NCBI GenBank assembly: GCA_017534705.1
Contig: JAFXVU010000144.1
Span: 646 to 64,645, forward strand
Reading direction: 5' to 3'
DNA from: Bacteroidaceae bacterium
Lineage (GTDB): Bacteria; Bacteroidota; Bacteroidia; Bacteroidales; Bacteroidaceae
Length of the DNA: 64,000 nucleotides
The position numbers and the translations under genes were made by a program. Below, piece by piece: positions 10,346-21,219 of this stretch. The stretch's first letter is position 1. Each line of letters starts with the position of its first letter. The notes beneath the pieces were generated by a model. It did no database searches. It saw only the letters and a list, made by a program, of their open reading frames with translations, and was not told the DNA's origin.

Positions 10346-12961
10346 TTACATCATCGCCAGTTCCACCACCTTATCTACAGCGGACTTGAGACCATCCATG
10401 TTCTTTCCACCGGCAGTAGCGAAATGAGGCTGACCGCCACCACCGCCCTGCATCAGTTTGGCGGCCTCACGAATCATCTTACCCGCATTCATGCCCTCAG
10501 CAACGAGGTCATCAGTAAGCGCAACCGTCAATGTGGGTTTAGCTTCTCCCGACGCACCGATGACCACAAGCATACGCTCAGGCATCTGGGCACGCAATTG
10601 GAAAGCAAGATCCTTGGCACCCTGGGCGTCCACAGGCACCACACGCGCGATCACCTTGATACCATTCTCCTCACGGGCCATCTCTATCAGAGTTTTCTTC
10701 AATTCAGCCACCTTCTGTGCCTTGAAAGTCTCCACCTGTTTCTTCAGGTCATCATTCTCATTGATGTATTTCTGGATAGCACCCACAAGATTTGGTGCGT
10801 TGTTGAAGAACGTCTTGATTATCGTCAAAGTGTCCTGAACGGAGTCGAGCATGTTTTCCACAGCCTTGCCAGTGATGGCCTCGATACGGCGCACACCTGC
10901 AGCGATGGAGCTCTCAGAGGTAATCTTCACCATACCCAGACATCCGGTAGCCTGGGCGTGACATCCGCCACAGAACTCCACGGAAGTACCGAACTGGATG
11001 ACACGTACCTTGTCGCCGTACTTCTCACCGAACAGAGCTATAGCACCCAGTTTCTTGGCTTCCTCCATGGGAAGGTCGCGGTATTCTTGAAGAGGTATGT
11101 TCTGGCGGATGCGTTCATTGACAATATGCTCCACCTCACGTATCTGATCTAGTGTGACCTTCTCGAAGTGGGAGAAGTCGAAACGCAAACCGTTCTCGCT
11201 TACCAACGAACCCTTCTGCTCCACGTGTGTACCCAGCACCTCGCGCAGTGCCTCATCAAGCAAGTGTGTGCAGGTATGGTTGGCCTCGATGGCACGACGG
11301 CGGTCCACATCCACACAAGCCATGAACTCGGCCTCAGGGTTCTCAGGCAGTTTGTTCACAATATGGATGGCAAGGTTGTTCTCTTTCTTGGTATCTAGCA
11401 CGTCTATGCTCTCGTTCTCGCTTACCAATACACCAGTGTCACCGACTTCACCACCCATCTCAGCGTAGAAGGGAGTTGTGTCGAGCACCACCTCATATAC
11501 CACACCTTTCTTCTGTTTCACCTCACGGTATTTCAGGATGTGGCAAGTGTATTCTGTGAAGTCGTAACCCACGAAAGTGCTCTCACCCTCACTCAGGACT
11601 GTCCAGTCGCCAGTCTCCACCTGAGCGGCATTGCGAGCACGCTGCTTCTGCTTCTGCATCTCAACCTCAAACCCTTTCTCGTCGACTGTCATGCCACTTT
11701 CGCGGCAAATCAGTTCGGTCAGGTCGAGCGGGAAACCGAAAGTGTCGAACAAGGTGAAAGCCTTGTCACCTGGAATCTCAGTCTTACCCTCGTTCTTGGT
11801 GTCGGAGATAATCTGGCTGAGAAGTTTGATTCCATTGTCGAGTGTGCGGAGGAAAGCATCTTCCTCTTCTTTCATCACCTTCATAATCAGTTCCTGCTGT
11901 GCCTTGAGCTCTGGATAAGCGTCTCCCATCTCTCGCACAAGCGTTGGCATGAGCTTGTATAGGAACGATTCCTTCTGCCCGAGGAAAGTATAGCCATAAC
12001 GGACAGCGCGACGCAGGATACGACGAATGACATAACCAGCCTTGGCATTGCTGGGCAACTGGCCGTCAGCAATGGAGAAAGCAATAGCTCTGAGGTGGTC
12101 GGCCACTACACGCATAGCCACATCCACCTGCTCGTCCTTGCCATACTCCAAATTTGTGATGTCGCCAATAACCTTGATGACAGGCTGGAAGACATCGGTG
12201 TCGTAGTTGGAGGTCTTACCCTGAAGTGTGCGCACCAAGCGTTCGAAACCCATGCCCGTGTCTATCACTTTAGCTGGCAGAGGTTCAAGGCTCTGGTCGG
12301 CCTTACGGTTGTACTGCATGAACACCAGGTTCCATATCTCGATGACCTGAGGATGGTCTTTGTTGACAAGGTCTTTACCTGGCACCAGGGCTTTCTCTTC
12401 CTCGCTTCTGGAATCGATGTGCAGTTCGGAGCAAGGACCACAAGGTCCCGTGTCACCCATTTCCCAGAAATTGTCGTGCTTGTTGCCGTTGATGATGTGG
12501 TCAGCGGGCAGGAACTGTCCCCAAATGGCCGCAGCCTCGTTGTCGCGCTCCAATCCTTCTTCGGGCGAACCTTCAAACACTGTAGCATAAAGGTCCTTAG
12601 GGTTGATTTTAAGCACATCCACAATATATTCCCAAGCCCAGGATATCGCCTCTTTCTTGAAATAATCACCGAAACTCCAGTTGCCAAGCATCTCGAACAT
12701 CGTATGGTGGTAGGTGTCATGCCCCACTTCCTCCAAATCGTTGTGCTTACCACTCACGCGAAGGCACTTCTGAGAGTCGGCCATGCGCTGGCTTTTAGGT
12801 TGTACGTTGCCAAGGATGATGTCCTTGAACTGGTTCATACCTGCGTTTGTGAACATCAGTGTAGGGTCGTCCTTGATGACCATTGGTGCGGACGGCACTA
12901 TTAGGTGTTGTTTGCTTTCAAAGAACTTCTTGAAAGACTCCCTGATTTCGTTAGCTGTCAT
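10346..12961 (-). CDS. alaS: Alanine--tRNA ligase
   Basis: 871-aa ORF. Class-II core ([10 protein letters not shown]), editing-domain HxxxH/CxxxH motifs ([16 protein letters not shown]), C-terminal DHHA1-like [14 protein letters not shown]. Confidence 0.95.
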   Translation of the reverse strand: MTANEIRESFKKFFESKQHLIVPSAPMVIKDDPTLMFTNAGMNQFKDIILGNVQPKSQRMADSQKCLRVSGKHNDLEEVGHDTYHHTMFEMLGNWSFGDYFKKEAISWAWEYIVDVLKINPKDLYATVFEGSPEEGLERDNEAAAIWGQFLPADHIINGNKHDNFWEMGDTGPCGPCSELHIDSRSEEEKALVPGKDLVNKDHPQVIEIWNLVFMQYNRKADQSLEPLPAKVIDTGMGFERLVRTLQGKTSNYDTDVFQPVIKVIGDITNLEYGKDEQVDVAMRVVADHLRAIAFSIADGQLPSNAKAGYVIRRILRRAVRYGYTFLGQKESFLYKLMPTLVREMGDAYPELKAQQELIMKVMKEEEDAFLRTLDNGIKLLSQIISDTKNEGKTEIPGDKAFTLFDTFGFPLDLTELICRESGMTVDEKGFEVEMQKQKQRARNAAQVETGDWTVLSEGESTFVGYDFTEYTCHILKYREVKQKKGVVYEVVLDTTPFYAEMGGEVGDTGVLVSENESIDVLDTKKENNLAIHIVNKLPENPEAEFMACVDVDRRRAIEANHTCTHLLDEALREVLGTHVEQKGSLVSENGLRFDFSHFEKVTLDQIREVEHIVNERIRQNIPLQEYRDLPMEEAKKLGAIALFGEKYGDKVRVIQFGTSVEFCGGCHAQATGCLGMVKITSESSIAAGVRRIEAITGKAVENMLDSVQDTLTIIKTFFNNAPNLVGAIQKYINENDDLKKQVETFKAQKVAELKKTLIEMAREENGIKVIARVVPVDAQGAKDLAFQLRAQMPERMLVVIGASGEAKPTLTVALTDDLVAEGMNAGKMIREAAKLMQGGGGGQPHFATAGGKNMDGLKSAVDKVVELAMM

Positions 12962-13058
12962 TTGGTATATTATAATTTGATTTTACTTTTCTGCTTGTTT
13001 ACTCAATTATTATTCTATAGTTCTCTCAATGCTAAACTTTCAACATTTAAGCCTGGAA

Positions 13059-14495
13059 TCAGATGCCGAAGAGCCTGAGAATATCATTGCCGTTGGCGTA
13101 GAGGAGGAGAGCAAGGAGAATGAAGAGTCCCACCATCTCCGCTCTCTTCAGGAAATTATCACCGGGTTTGCGACCCACGACAATCTCATAGAGCAGGAAT
13201 AGCACATGTCCACCGTCGAGCGCGGGGATAGGCAGTATATTCATGAACGCCAGAATGATGGAGAAGAAAGCGGTAAGGTTCCAGAAACTGTACCAATTCC
13301 AAGTGTCGGGAAAAATCTTTCCCATAGTGACAAAACCTCCCACACTTCTCGAACCCTCTTTCGTGAAGAGATACTTGAGGTCGTTCACATAATTGCCCAA
13401 TATGTTCCATCCATATTTGATTCCTACTGGGAACGACTCGAAGAAGCCGTACTTCTGCTCTGTCACCTTATAGTCAGGCATGGCATTGATGATGCCTATC
13501 TTGAATTCAGATGTCAAGACAGCGCTGACGGTGTCCGTGTTGTTGAGCACCAACTGCACTGTTCGCAAACTAAGGCTATCAGCAGCTGTTGTCTCTTCTG
13601 TGACAGCGTCTTGCAGACGAAGAATCTGATAAGTGAAGTCGTTGTAAGATGCGATAGGGACGCCATTGAACGAAGTGACCACATCACCTTTCTTCATGCC
13701 TATCTTCTCGGCCGGAGTGCCACTGATGACAGAATCCACCTTGAAGGGCAACAGATAATCCACGAAGGGAGGTTCGGCCTCAGCCATTTTCAACAGGCTC
13801 AGTCCCTCGGGCATGTTAAGCACTGTTTCCTTCCCACCACGTAGCACTGTCACAGTCTCCGCATTCGAGATGTCGCGCATGAGCGCCATGGAGAAAGTCT
13901 TGACATCCTTGTCATCGGTGCGTATGATGATATCACCGTCCTGAAAACCAGCGTTCTTACCGTCCTCATTGAACTTCAGTCCGTATGTCATGTCCTGTGG
14001 ACGAATATAACTATCGCCGTAATAAAACTTGATCATCGAATAGATGAAGAAAGCCAGCAATAGGTTCACCAACACACCGCCAACCATAATGAGCAGGCGT
14101 TGCCAAGCGGGTTTGGTACGGAATTCGTAAGGCTGTGGTTCGCTGCTGAGGTTCTGATTTGTCTCATCAATCATTCCTGCGATAGCACAATAACCACCAA
14201 GCGGCAGCCAGCCAAGGCCGTATTCTGTACCCACATATTCCTTTACTTTCTGCTCATTGCCATTCTCGTCTTTCTCCACTTTTTCAGGCACCACTTCAGG
14301 TTTCCTTCTGAAAAGACGGCGGAACCACCTGTCGTAGGTACTGAAGATGTGAAACTTTGGATTGAAAAACACATAAAATTTCAACACCCTCACCTTGAAC
14401 AATTTGGCGAAGAAGAAATGTCCACCCTCATGAAGTACCACCAGAATCGTCAGCGACAAAATCAGTTGGAGGGCTTTAATTAGTACGATATTCAC
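13059..14495 (-). CDS. rseP: RIP metalloprotease (site-2 protease) RseP
   Basis: 478-aa ORF with the HEGGHF zinc motif, central PDZ region, and the NILPIPALDGGH S2P motif. Confidence 0.9.
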   Translation of the reverse strand: MNIVLIKALQLILSLTILVVLHEGGHFFFAKLFKVRVLKFYVFFNPKFHIFSTYDRWFRRLFRRKPEVVPEKVEKDENGNEQKVKEYVGTEYGLGWLPLGGYCAIAGMIDETNQNLSSEPQPYEFRTKPAWQRLLIMVGGVLVNLLLAFFIYSMIKFYYGDSYIRPQDMTYGLKFNEDGKNAGFQDGDIIIRTDDKDVKTFSMALMRDISNAETVTVLRGGKETVLNMPEGLSLLKMAEAEPPFVDYLLPFKVDSVISGTPAEKIGMKKGDVVTSFNGVPIASYNDFTYQILRLQDAVTEETTAADSLSLRTVQLVLNNTDTVSAVLTSEFKIGIINAMPDYKVTEQKYGFFESFPVGIKYGWNILGNYVNDLKYLFTKEGSRSVGGFVTMGKIFPDTWNWYSFWNLTAFFSIILAFMNILPIPALDGGHVLFLLYEIVVGRKPGDNFLKRAEMVGLFILLALLLYANGNDILRLFGI

Positions 14496-14540
14496 TTTCT
14501 ACCTTAAATTTTAATCTGTTGTTTATAGTATTATTTGCTT

Positions 14541-15704
14541 TTATTTTGCGATCAATTCTTCTGCTATACGCCTTGCCTCTGCGTCCGTGTCGAGATACAC
14601 CTCTATCGACCTCTCGCGGGTGAACACAGCCTTCTGCATGGTCTGCTCTATCACACTGGCTATGTCGTTGAAACCGATACGGTCCTGACGGAAAGCAAGG
14701 TTTACCACCTCATTGGCGGCATTGACGATGCAAGGCATGTTGCCCCCCTGACGCAAGGCTTCGTATGCCAGGGCTAAACAACGGAAACGGTCGGCATCGG
14801 GACGCTCGAAAGTCAAGTCCTTGAGCTGGAAAAAGTCGAGACGCTCAAAGTCTGACTTCAGTCGGTGTGGATAACTGAAAGCATACTGGATAGGGAGACG
14901 CATGTCGGGCATGCCTAATTGAGCCTTCACCGCACCATCCTCAAACTGCACCATGGAATGGATGACCGACTGGGGATGAACCACCACCTGAATCTGGTCG
15001 GGCGACACATCGAAAAGCCATTTGGCTTCTATCACCTCGAAACCTTTGTTCATCAAGGTGGCTGAGTCGATTGTGATTTTGGCCCCCATGTTCCAAGTGG
15101 GGTGTGCCAATGCCTGGTCTTTGGTCACAGTAGCAATCTGCTCAGGACTGTATTTGCGGAAAGGACCACCAGAAGCAGTTAGCAGGATTTTCTCCACGGG
15201 GTTGCCTGGTTCCAAACATTGGAAGATGGCGGAATGCTCCGAATCGACAGGCAGGATAGGCACATGATGGTCGTAGGCCAGTTGTTTGATCAGTTCTCCA
15301 GCCACCACAAGTGTCTCCTTGTTAGCCAAAGCGATGTATTTGCCAGCCTTGATGGCACTGATAGTGGGGCGCAGTCCAGCAAAACCCACCATCGACCCAA
15401 GAACGATATCCACATTGCTGTCTGTCACGACATCGCACAAAGAGTCAGGACCCGCATAAACCTTGATAGGCAGGTCGGCAAGCGCTTCCTTCACTTTCTC
15501 ATAATGTTCCTCATTGGCTATCACCACAGCCTCGGGCTGAAACTCACGCGCCTGCTGGATGAGCTGGTCGGCGCTGTTGTTGGCGGTAAGAATATAAGCC
15601 GCATAAAGGTCATTGTTCCTACGAATCACATCTAAAGCCTGGCATCCGATGGAACCCGTTGAACCCAATATAGCCACATTTCTTTTTCTGTCTGTATTCT
15701 GCAT
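14541..15704 (-). CDS. dxr: 1-deoxy-D-xylulose-5-phosphate reductoisomerase
   Basis: 387-aa ORF with ILGSTGSIGCQALDV NADPH loop, LANKETLV, DSEHSAIFQC. Confidence 0.95.
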   Translation of the reverse strand: MQNTDRKRNVAILGSTGSIGCQALDVIRRNNDLYAAYILTANNSADQLIQQAREFQPEAVVIANEEHYEKVKEALADLPIKVYAGPDSLCDVVTDSNVDIVLGSMVGFAGLRPTISAIKAGKYIALANKETLVVAGELIKQLAYDHHVPILPVDSEHSAIFQCLEPGNPVEKILLTASGGPFRKYSPEQIATVTKDQALAHPTWNMGAKITIDSATLMNKGFEVIEAKWLFDVSPDQIQVVVHPQSVIHSMVQFEDGAVKAQLGMPDMRLPIQYAFSYPHRLKSDFERLDFFQLKDLTFERPDADRFRCLALAYEALRQGGNMPCIVNAANEVVNLAFRQDRIGFNDIASVIEQTMQKAVFTRERSIEVYLDTDAEARRIAEELIAK

Positions 15705-15710
15705 CTTCCT

Positions 15711-16238
15711 CTATTTATTTAATTCAAGCAAGCCTTCAGGCAAACGCATCTCAAGAATACGGTCATCATGATTGACATTCACTATAAACTCATTGTGGAA
15801 AGGCAACAGCAACTCGTTGCCATCAGCATCCTCCACTTTCAGAAGCCAGTTCTCTGTCTGGTCATCGTAGTCCACCACCGTTCCTATCTCGCCTTGTCCT
15901 GCATCGACGACATGGAAACCGATGAAATAGTTAAGGGTCATCTCATCATCATCTTCTGCCGGGATCAATTCCCTGGGAAAGAAAACATCTGTCCCCACAA
16001 TCTGGCGGGTGTCATCGATGGAGTCGATGTCCTCGAACTTCACCAAAGCAGAGCTATTGGAACGGAAACGATACTCTTCTATGAAGAAAGGCACCAGAAT
16101 GCCGTCGATTTCACAAATCAGGTAATCGCAATCCACACGGTCGAAGACATCATCGGTGAAGACGAAAACCACCTCACCTGCAAGTCCGTGCGCCTTTGTT
16201 ATCCGTCCTATCTGGACCACCTCTTCGTGTCGTATCAT
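15711..16238 (-). CDS. rimM: 16S rRNA processing protein RimM
   Basis: 175-aa ORF with GRITKAHGLAGEV N-terminal motif and a PRC-barrel C-terminus. Confidence 0.85.
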   Translation of the reverse strand: MIRHEEVVQIGRITKAHGLAGEVVFVFTDDVFDRVDCDYLICEIDGILVPFFIEEYRFRSNSSALVKFEDIDSIDDTRQIVGTDVFFPRELIPAEDDDEMTLNYFIGFHVVDAGQGEIGTVVDYDDQTENWLLKVEDADGNELLLPFHNEFIVNVNHDDRILEMRLPEGLLELNK

Positions 16239-16264
16239 GATGATTGGAATATTTAGGGACCTTA

Positions 16265-17575
16265 TCAGTCTATTCTCGTAATCTTGGCACCAAGAGCGTT
16301 GAGACGACCTTCGATATTCTCATAACCCCGGTCTATCTGCTCGATATTGCTGATGACGCTCGTTCCCTGTGCACTCATGGCCGCTATAAGCAAGGCAATA
16401 CCTGCGCGTATATCGGGCGAAGTCAAACGCGCGCCGCGAAGGGCGAACTTGCGGTCATGTCCATTGACTACCGCACGGTGAGGGTCGCAAAGAATAATCT
16501 GCGCTCCCATGTCGATGAGTTTGTCAACGAAGAACAGACGACTCTCGAACATCTTCTGATGAATCAGCACGCTGCCCTTGGCCTGAGTGGCCACCACAAG
16601 GAACACACTGAGCAAGTCGGGAGTGAGCCCGGGCCATGGAGCGTCAGAAAACGACATGATGCTACCGTCCATATACGACTCCACTTCGTAGTGCTCGTAA
16701 GCCGGCACAAAGATGTCGTCACCCCTTCGCTGAATCTTAACACCCAGTCGGGCAAACATGTCGGGGATGATTCCTAGATTGTCGTATGACACATTGTGGA
16801 TGGTCAGTTCACTGCCTGTCATCGCTGCCATGCCAATGAACGAGCCCACCTCAATCATGTCGGGTAAGATGTTATGCTCACAACCATGCAATCGCTCCAC
16901 ACCTTCGATAGTAAGGAGGTTCGACGCAATGCCACTGATGCGTGCGCCCATGCTGTTAAGCATTTTGCACAATTGCTGGATATATGGTTCACAGGCGGCA
17001 TTATAAATGGTGGTGGTACCCTCAGCGAGCACTGCAGCCATGATGACATTGGCCGTACCAGTCACCGATGCCTCGTCAAGCAACATATAGGTCCCCTTGA
17101 GGTGTTCGGCATTAATCTCGTAGATATTGGGATTACCATCCTTCCTGTTGAAAGTAGCACCCAGTTTGCTGATACCGATGAAATGGGTGTCGAGACGACG
17201 ACGGCCGATTTGGTCGCCACCGGGTTTGGCGGCGTATGCTTTGTGGAATCTGCCAAGTAGCGGTCCGAGCATGAGGATAGAGCCACGGAGCTTGGCGCAT
17301 TGCTGGATGAATTCCTCCGAACCGATATAACCAAGGTTAACGTGGTTGGCACAGAACTCGTAAGCACCATCGCCCACATTCTTGATAGAAACGCCTATCT
17401 TCTGCAGCAACTTGATGAGGTTCTGAACGTCAAGAATCTCAGGGATGTTGCGAATCAACACGGTCTCGTCGGTGAGCAAACATGCGCAAATCACCTCCAA
17501 GGCCTCGTTCTTGGCACCCTGGGCTGTGATGCTGCCATGTAGTTGGTGCCCGCCTTCTATAACGAATGATGCCAT
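16265..17575 (-). CDS. murA: UDP-N-acetylglucosamine 1-carboxyvinyltransferase
   Basis: 436-aa ORF with FVIEGGHQLHGSITAQGAKNEAL and an EPSP-synthase-fold repeat pattern. Confidence 0.95.
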   Translation of the reverse strand: MASFVIEGGHQLHGSITAQGAKNEALEVICACLLTDETVLIRNIPEILDVQNLIKLLQKIGVSIKNVGDGAYEFCANHVNLGYIGSEEFIQQCAKLRGSILMLGPLLGRFHKAYAAKPGGDQIGRRRLDTHFIGISKLGATFNRKDGNPNIYEINAEHLKGTYMLLDEASVTGTANVIMAAVLAEGTTTIYNAACEPYIQQLCKMLNSMGARISGIASNLLTIEGVERLHGCEHNILPDMIEVGSFIGMAAMTGSELTIHNVSYDNLGIIPDMFARLGVKIQRRGDDIFVPAYEHYEVESYMDGSIMSFSDAPWPGLTPDLLSVFLVVATQAKGSVLIHQKMFESRLFFVDKLIDMGAQIILCDPHRAVVNGHDRKFALRGARLTSPDIRAGIALLIAAMSAQGTSVISNIEQIDRGYENIEGRLNALGAKITRID

Positions 17576-17587
17576 AAGAAACTGAGT

Positions 17588-18226
17588 TTATTTCTTCTTT
17601 TTCTTCTTACCTTGGTTTTGCACCTGAGCGTTCGACAAAAGCTTCTCAGTGCTGATGAAGTCAAAATGCTCAGGGTCGATTTGGATTTTTCCATCGGTGT
17701 ACTGGGCAAGGTCGTCGGCCACCTTGTTATCATCGAGCACATTCTTGTTCCAGTTGGCGAGACTGCGTTTCATCTGGTTGGCCACTAGGACTGTCAGCGC
17801 CTCTTTCTTCTCGGCATCGCTTTCGTCCATCTCGCCAAGTTTTTCAACCAGCTGTTCCAACAAATAGCCATAGTGGCGTTTTTGGATACGGTGCTGGTCG
17901 TAGGGAAGGTGTTTGGTGATAGCAGGGCGTTCATCCACGCGCAGAATCTCCACGGGATAGTCGATGTCGAGTTTATAATCAGACATCGCTGCCAAATGAT
18001 TCCACAGTTTCTGATAGAAATCGTCCTCATTGCTGTGTTTCTCGTCCATTCTGGCCATCAAAGCCACTATAGTCTCGGCGCACTGTTGGCGCTTGTCCTT
18101 GTCGTCAATGGTGAGAGCATGCTCAACCATCTGTTGCACGCAACGGCCATACTCGGGCTGGACAAGTCTTTTTCTCAGTGTATTATAGTCTTTGTTCTCC
18201 ATATCTTTTCGTTGTGTTGTTTGCAT
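17588..18226 (-). CDS. DUF4290 domain protein (conserved murA-upstream gene of Bacteroidota)
   Basis: 212-aa ORF. PEYGRCVQQMVEHALTIDDKDKRQ and YQKLWNHLAAMSDYKLDIDYP match my recollection of the DUF4290 family. Poly-Lys tail. Confidence 0.6.
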   Translation of the reverse strand: MQTTQRKDMENKDYNTLRKRLVQPEYGRCVQQMVEHALTIDDKDKRQQCAETIVALMARMDEKHSNEDDFYQKLWNHLAAMSDYKLDIDYPVEILRVDERPAITKHLPYDQHRIQKRHYGYLLEQLVEKLGEMDESDAEKKEALTVLVANQMKRSLANWNKNVLDDNKVADDLAQYTDGKIQIDPEHFDFISTEKLLSNAQVQNQGKKKKKK

Positions 18227-18257
18227 GTTCTATTGCACACATAGCCGCTTCTGCAGA

Positions 18258-18950
18258 CTAAAGCAGAGGTCTGGGCACAGTAGCTTGAAAGTCTTTCAAG
18301 TAGAAAGGCTCAAAATAGGCCACATCCTGATATTCCTGCATAGCGTGGGCTCTCTCTGCCAATGGCATCATGTACTTGGCAAGAGGATGGATGCCACTGA
18401 TGAAATGAGCATTGGGATGTTGAATCAAGTCCTTGCACTTGTCGCTCCCATTGCCGAAGAAATAGACAGGGTGCTCGTCGAGCTGGCGCTCAAAAGAATG
18501 GCCGTCTACCACCATAGATTGCACTTCGTCCACAGGACGCAATGCACGAGTGTAGAGGGCTGTATAGACCTCCATCCTCCTGGCGTCTATCATCGGGCAC
18601 AGCAAAGCGTCGTCAGGCAGTTCCTCACGTCCCAGTAGCAGTGGCACACACAAGAGTTTGAGTGTGGGGATGGACAAGAGTTTCAGATTGCGGGCATAAC
18701 ACAATCCTTTCGCAGTGGAAACTCCAATACGCAAACCAGTATAAGAACCAGGACCACTGCTCACTGCCACTGCATCGAGCGGAATAGCATGGCTGTCAGC
18801 AAATGAAGCCGCCTGATCCACAAACGAGCCAAGGACTGTGGCGTGAGAAGGGCCGCTCATGTCCTCTATATGATAAATCACTGCACCATCCTGACTGACT
18901 GCCACAGAACAGGGTTTTGTGGATGTTTCAATGTGCAATATACACGACAT
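18258..18950 (-). CDS. tsaB: tRNA t6A37 biosynthesis protein TsaB
   Basis: The track ORF extends to 19019, but a -7 box (18977..18984) lies inside that extension. ATG 18950 gives MSCILHIETSTKPCSVAV, the canonical TsaB/YeaZ N-terminus. Confidence 0.8.
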   Translation of the reverse strand: MSCILHIETSTKPCSVAVSQDGAVIYHIEDMSGPSHATVLGSFVDQAASFADSHAIPLDAVAVSSGPGSYTGLRIGVSTAKGLCYARNLKLLSIPTLKLLCVPLLLGREELPDDALLCPMIDARRMEVYTALYTRALRPVDEVQSMVVDGHSFERQLDEHPVYFFGNGSDKCKDLIQHPNAHFISGIHPLAKYMMPLAERAHAMQEYQDVAYFEPFYLKDFQATVPRPLL

Positions 18951-18976
18951 TTTCCTTTTTATTTCATTTATTCTTG

Positions 18977-18984
18977 CAAAATTA
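18977..18984 (-). promoter_or_regulatory. -7 box for tsaB
   Basis: Reverse complement TAATTTTG, 27 nt upstream of ATG 18950. Confidence 0.55.
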
Positions 18985-19006
18985 CGAAGTTTAGCGGAAT
19001 TTTCAC

Positions 19007-19014
19007 TATTTTTG
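19007..19014 (+). promoter_or_regulatory. -7 box for yicC-gmk-nadD
   Basis: TATTTTTG, 41 nt upstream of ATG 19055. Confidence 0.55.
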
Positions 19015-19054
19015 TGCAAATTTTGTGATTCATAGACTTTAATTAAGATTTAGA

Positions 19055-19930
19055 ATGATACAATCGATGACTGGTTACGGTAAAAGTGTTACCGAATTCA
19101 ATGGAAAGAAGATTCATGTGGAAATCAAGTCGCTCAACAGCAAAAGCCTTGATTTGTCAACACGAATAGCTCCTCTTTATCGCGACAAGGAGATGGAAAT
19201 ACGCACGTTTATCGCTAAGCAAATTGAAAGAGGAAAAGTGGATTTCTATCTTTGGGTGGAAAAGGACGAAACCCAGATGGCAACCCCTGTGAACGCAGCC
19301 CTGATGGGTGAATACCACAAACAGCTGAAGGCTGTCAGCCAGAAATACGGCATCCCAGAACCAGAGGACTGGATGACGGTGCTGTTGAGGATGCCCGACG
19401 TACTCACGAAACTCGAAGTGGAAGAACTCGGCGAGGAGGAATGGGCTGTGGCATTCAAGGCGATTGAGAACGCAGTGGCTGCACTGGTGGATTTCCGTAA
19501 GCAAGAAGGACTGGCCCTGGCGAAAAAACTAAATGGCAACATCGACAGAATCACAGCATTGTTGGAGAGCATCGAACCATACGAAAAAGGACGCACGGAG
19601 AAGATAAGGGCGCAAATCATCGACAAACTGGAAAGTGTCGTAGGAACTGACTACGACAAGAACCGGCTCGAGCAGGAGATGATTTACTACATCGAAAAAC
19701 TCGACATCAACGAGGAAAAGCAAAGGCTCACCAACCATCTCCAGTATTTCGTCAGCACCATGAACGACGGACATGGACAAGGCAAGAAACTTGCTTTCAT
19801 CGCTCAGGAAATGGGACGCGAAATCAACACCACTGGCAGCAAGAGTAACCAGGCCGAGATGCAGAACATCGTCGTGAAGATGAAAGACGAACTCGAACAA
19901 ATCAAAGAGCAGGTCGCCAACGTCCTATAA
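19055..19930 (+). CDS. yicC: YicC-family stress-induced protein
   Basis: 291-aa ORF with MIQSMTGYGKS N-terminus and a C-terminal DUF1732-like EMGREINTTGSK motif. Confidence 0.85.
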   Translation: MIQSMTGYGKSVTEFNGKKIHVEIKSLNSKSLDLSTRIAPLYRDKEMEIRTFIAKQIERGKVDFYLWVEKDETQMATPVNAALMGEYHKQLKAVSQKYGIPEPEDWMTVLLRMPDVLTKLEVEELGEEEWAVAFKAIENAVAALVDFRKQEGLALAKKLNGNIDRITALLESIEPYEKGRTEKIRAQIIDKLESVVGTDYDKNRLEQEMIYYIEKLDINEEKQRLTNHLQYFVSTMNDGHGQGKKLAFIAQEMGREINTTGSKSNQAEMQNIVVKMKDELEQIKEQVANVL

Positions 19931-19992
19931 TGGTCCATCATGCCCTTTCAACCCTTCAAAACCATCATAACCCATTAAACCCATCAAATCTT

Positions 19993-20619
19993 ATGAATCC
20001 AGGTAAATGCATCATTTTCTCTGCCCCATCGGGCAGTGGTAAATCCACACTCATCAACTACTTGATGGAACAGGCACAGGAGACCCTCAACCTCCATTTC
20101 TCCATCTCTGCCACAAGCAGGGCTCCCAGAGGCACTGAACAAGACGGTGTGGAGTATCACTTCCTCAGCAAAGAGGAGTTTATCAAGAGAATTCAAGAGG
20201 ATGCTTTCATTGAATATGAGGAGGTCTATGGAGGAAAGTTCTACGGCACTCTCAAATCGGAAGTAGAGAAACAGTTGGAAAAAGGCGAGAATGTGGTGTT
20301 CGACGTCGATGTTAAAGGAGGATGCAACATCAAACAGCACTTCGGAGAACGCGCCATCAGCATCTTCATACAGCCACCAAGCATCGAGGAGCTGCGTAAC
20401 CGACTGGTCAAACGAGGGACAGAAACACTCGAACAAATAGAGGACCGGCTCCAAAGAGCCTCGCTCGAACTTTCTTATGCCGACAAGTACGACAGGGTCA
20501 TCATCAACGACCAACTCGAGGTGGCTCAACTAGAGACTCTACAGGTCGTGAAAGACTTCATCAGCAACATAGAGGAAGCACCTGCAGAAGAAACTGAAGA
20601 CTCGACCCAAGAAGAATAG
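19993..20619 (+). CDS. gmk: Guanylate kinase
   Basis: P-loop FSAPSGSGKSTL. The track start 19930 adds 21 non-conserved residues, so ATG 19993 (MNPGKCIIF) is preferred. Acidic C-terminal tail. Confidence 0.9.
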   Translation: MNPGKCIIFSAPSGSGKSTLINYLMEQAQETLNLHFSISATSRAPRGTEQDGVEYHFLSKEEFIKRIQEDAFIEYEEVYGGKFYGTLKSEVEKQLEKGENVVFDVDVKGGCNIKQHFGERAISIFIQPPSIEELRNRLVKRGTETLEQIEDRLQRASLELSYADKYDRVIINDQLEVAQLETLQVVKDFISNIEEAPAEETEDSTQEE

Positions 20620-20623
20620 GATA

Positions 20624-21214
20624 ATGAGAAAAATCGGTGTCTTCGGTGGTTCTTTCAATCCCATCCACATTGGGCATGTTGCTTTGGCTCGTGAACTATG
20701 CCAAAGCCACATGATAGATGAGTTATGGATGCTCGTCTCGCCGCTCAATCCTTTGAAACAAGGCAATCCCGACATCGCAGATTATGAGGAACGGTTGGAA
20801 ATGGCACGCCTGGCTTTGAAAGATGACGCATCCATCAAAGTGTCTGATTTTGAAGCAACATTGCCTATTCCTTCCTACACCTACACCACACTACATGCCT
20901 TAGCAAACACGTACCCCGAAGATGAGTTCCACCTCGTGATAGGTGCTGACAACTGGCTTCAATTCGGCAACTGGTACAGAGGAGAAGACATAGTGAAGGA
21001 ATTTCGTATCCTGATGTACGCTCGACCTGGATGCGACATCGACATCGAGACACTCCCTGCATCTGTCACGCTTGTCAATACCCATCTTTACGACATTAGC
21101 AGCACACTGGTTCGTCAGCGTGCCGCTAATGGATTGTCTTTATCAGGGCTCGTGCCGCCCGACGTCGAAAACTATATCAAGGATAAAGGGCTCTACCAAC
21201 TCCCAAAAACCTAA
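20624..21214 (+). CDS. nadD: Nicotinate-nucleotide adenylyltransferase
   Basis: 196-aa ORF with GVFGGSFNPIHIGH (HxGH) and ISSTLVRQ (ISST) motifs. Confidence 0.9.
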   Translation: MRKIGVFGGSFNPIHIGHVALARELCQSHMIDELWMLVSPLNPLKQGNPDIADYEERLEMARLALKDDASIKVSDFEATLPIPSYTYTTLHALANTYPEDEFHLVIGADNWLQFGNWYRGEDIVKEFRILMYARPGCDIDIETLPASVTLVNTHLYDISSTLVRQRAANGLSLSGLVPPDVENYIKDKGLYQLPKT

Positions 21215-21219
21215 GAACC

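Noticed and set aside
10424-12904. Several 95-269-aa plus-strand ORFs inside alaS (for example 10424..11152 and 12095..12904).
   Set aside because: They are shadow ORFs of alaS, which is continuous and motif-rich on the minus strand.
19930-19992. 21-codon N-terminal extension of gmk overlapping the yicC stop by 1 nt (ATG at 19930).
   Set aside because: The extension (MVHHALSTLQNHHNPLNPSNL) does not resemble guanylate kinase N-termini. ATG 19993 sits directly before the P-loop. The longer start cannot be fully excluded.
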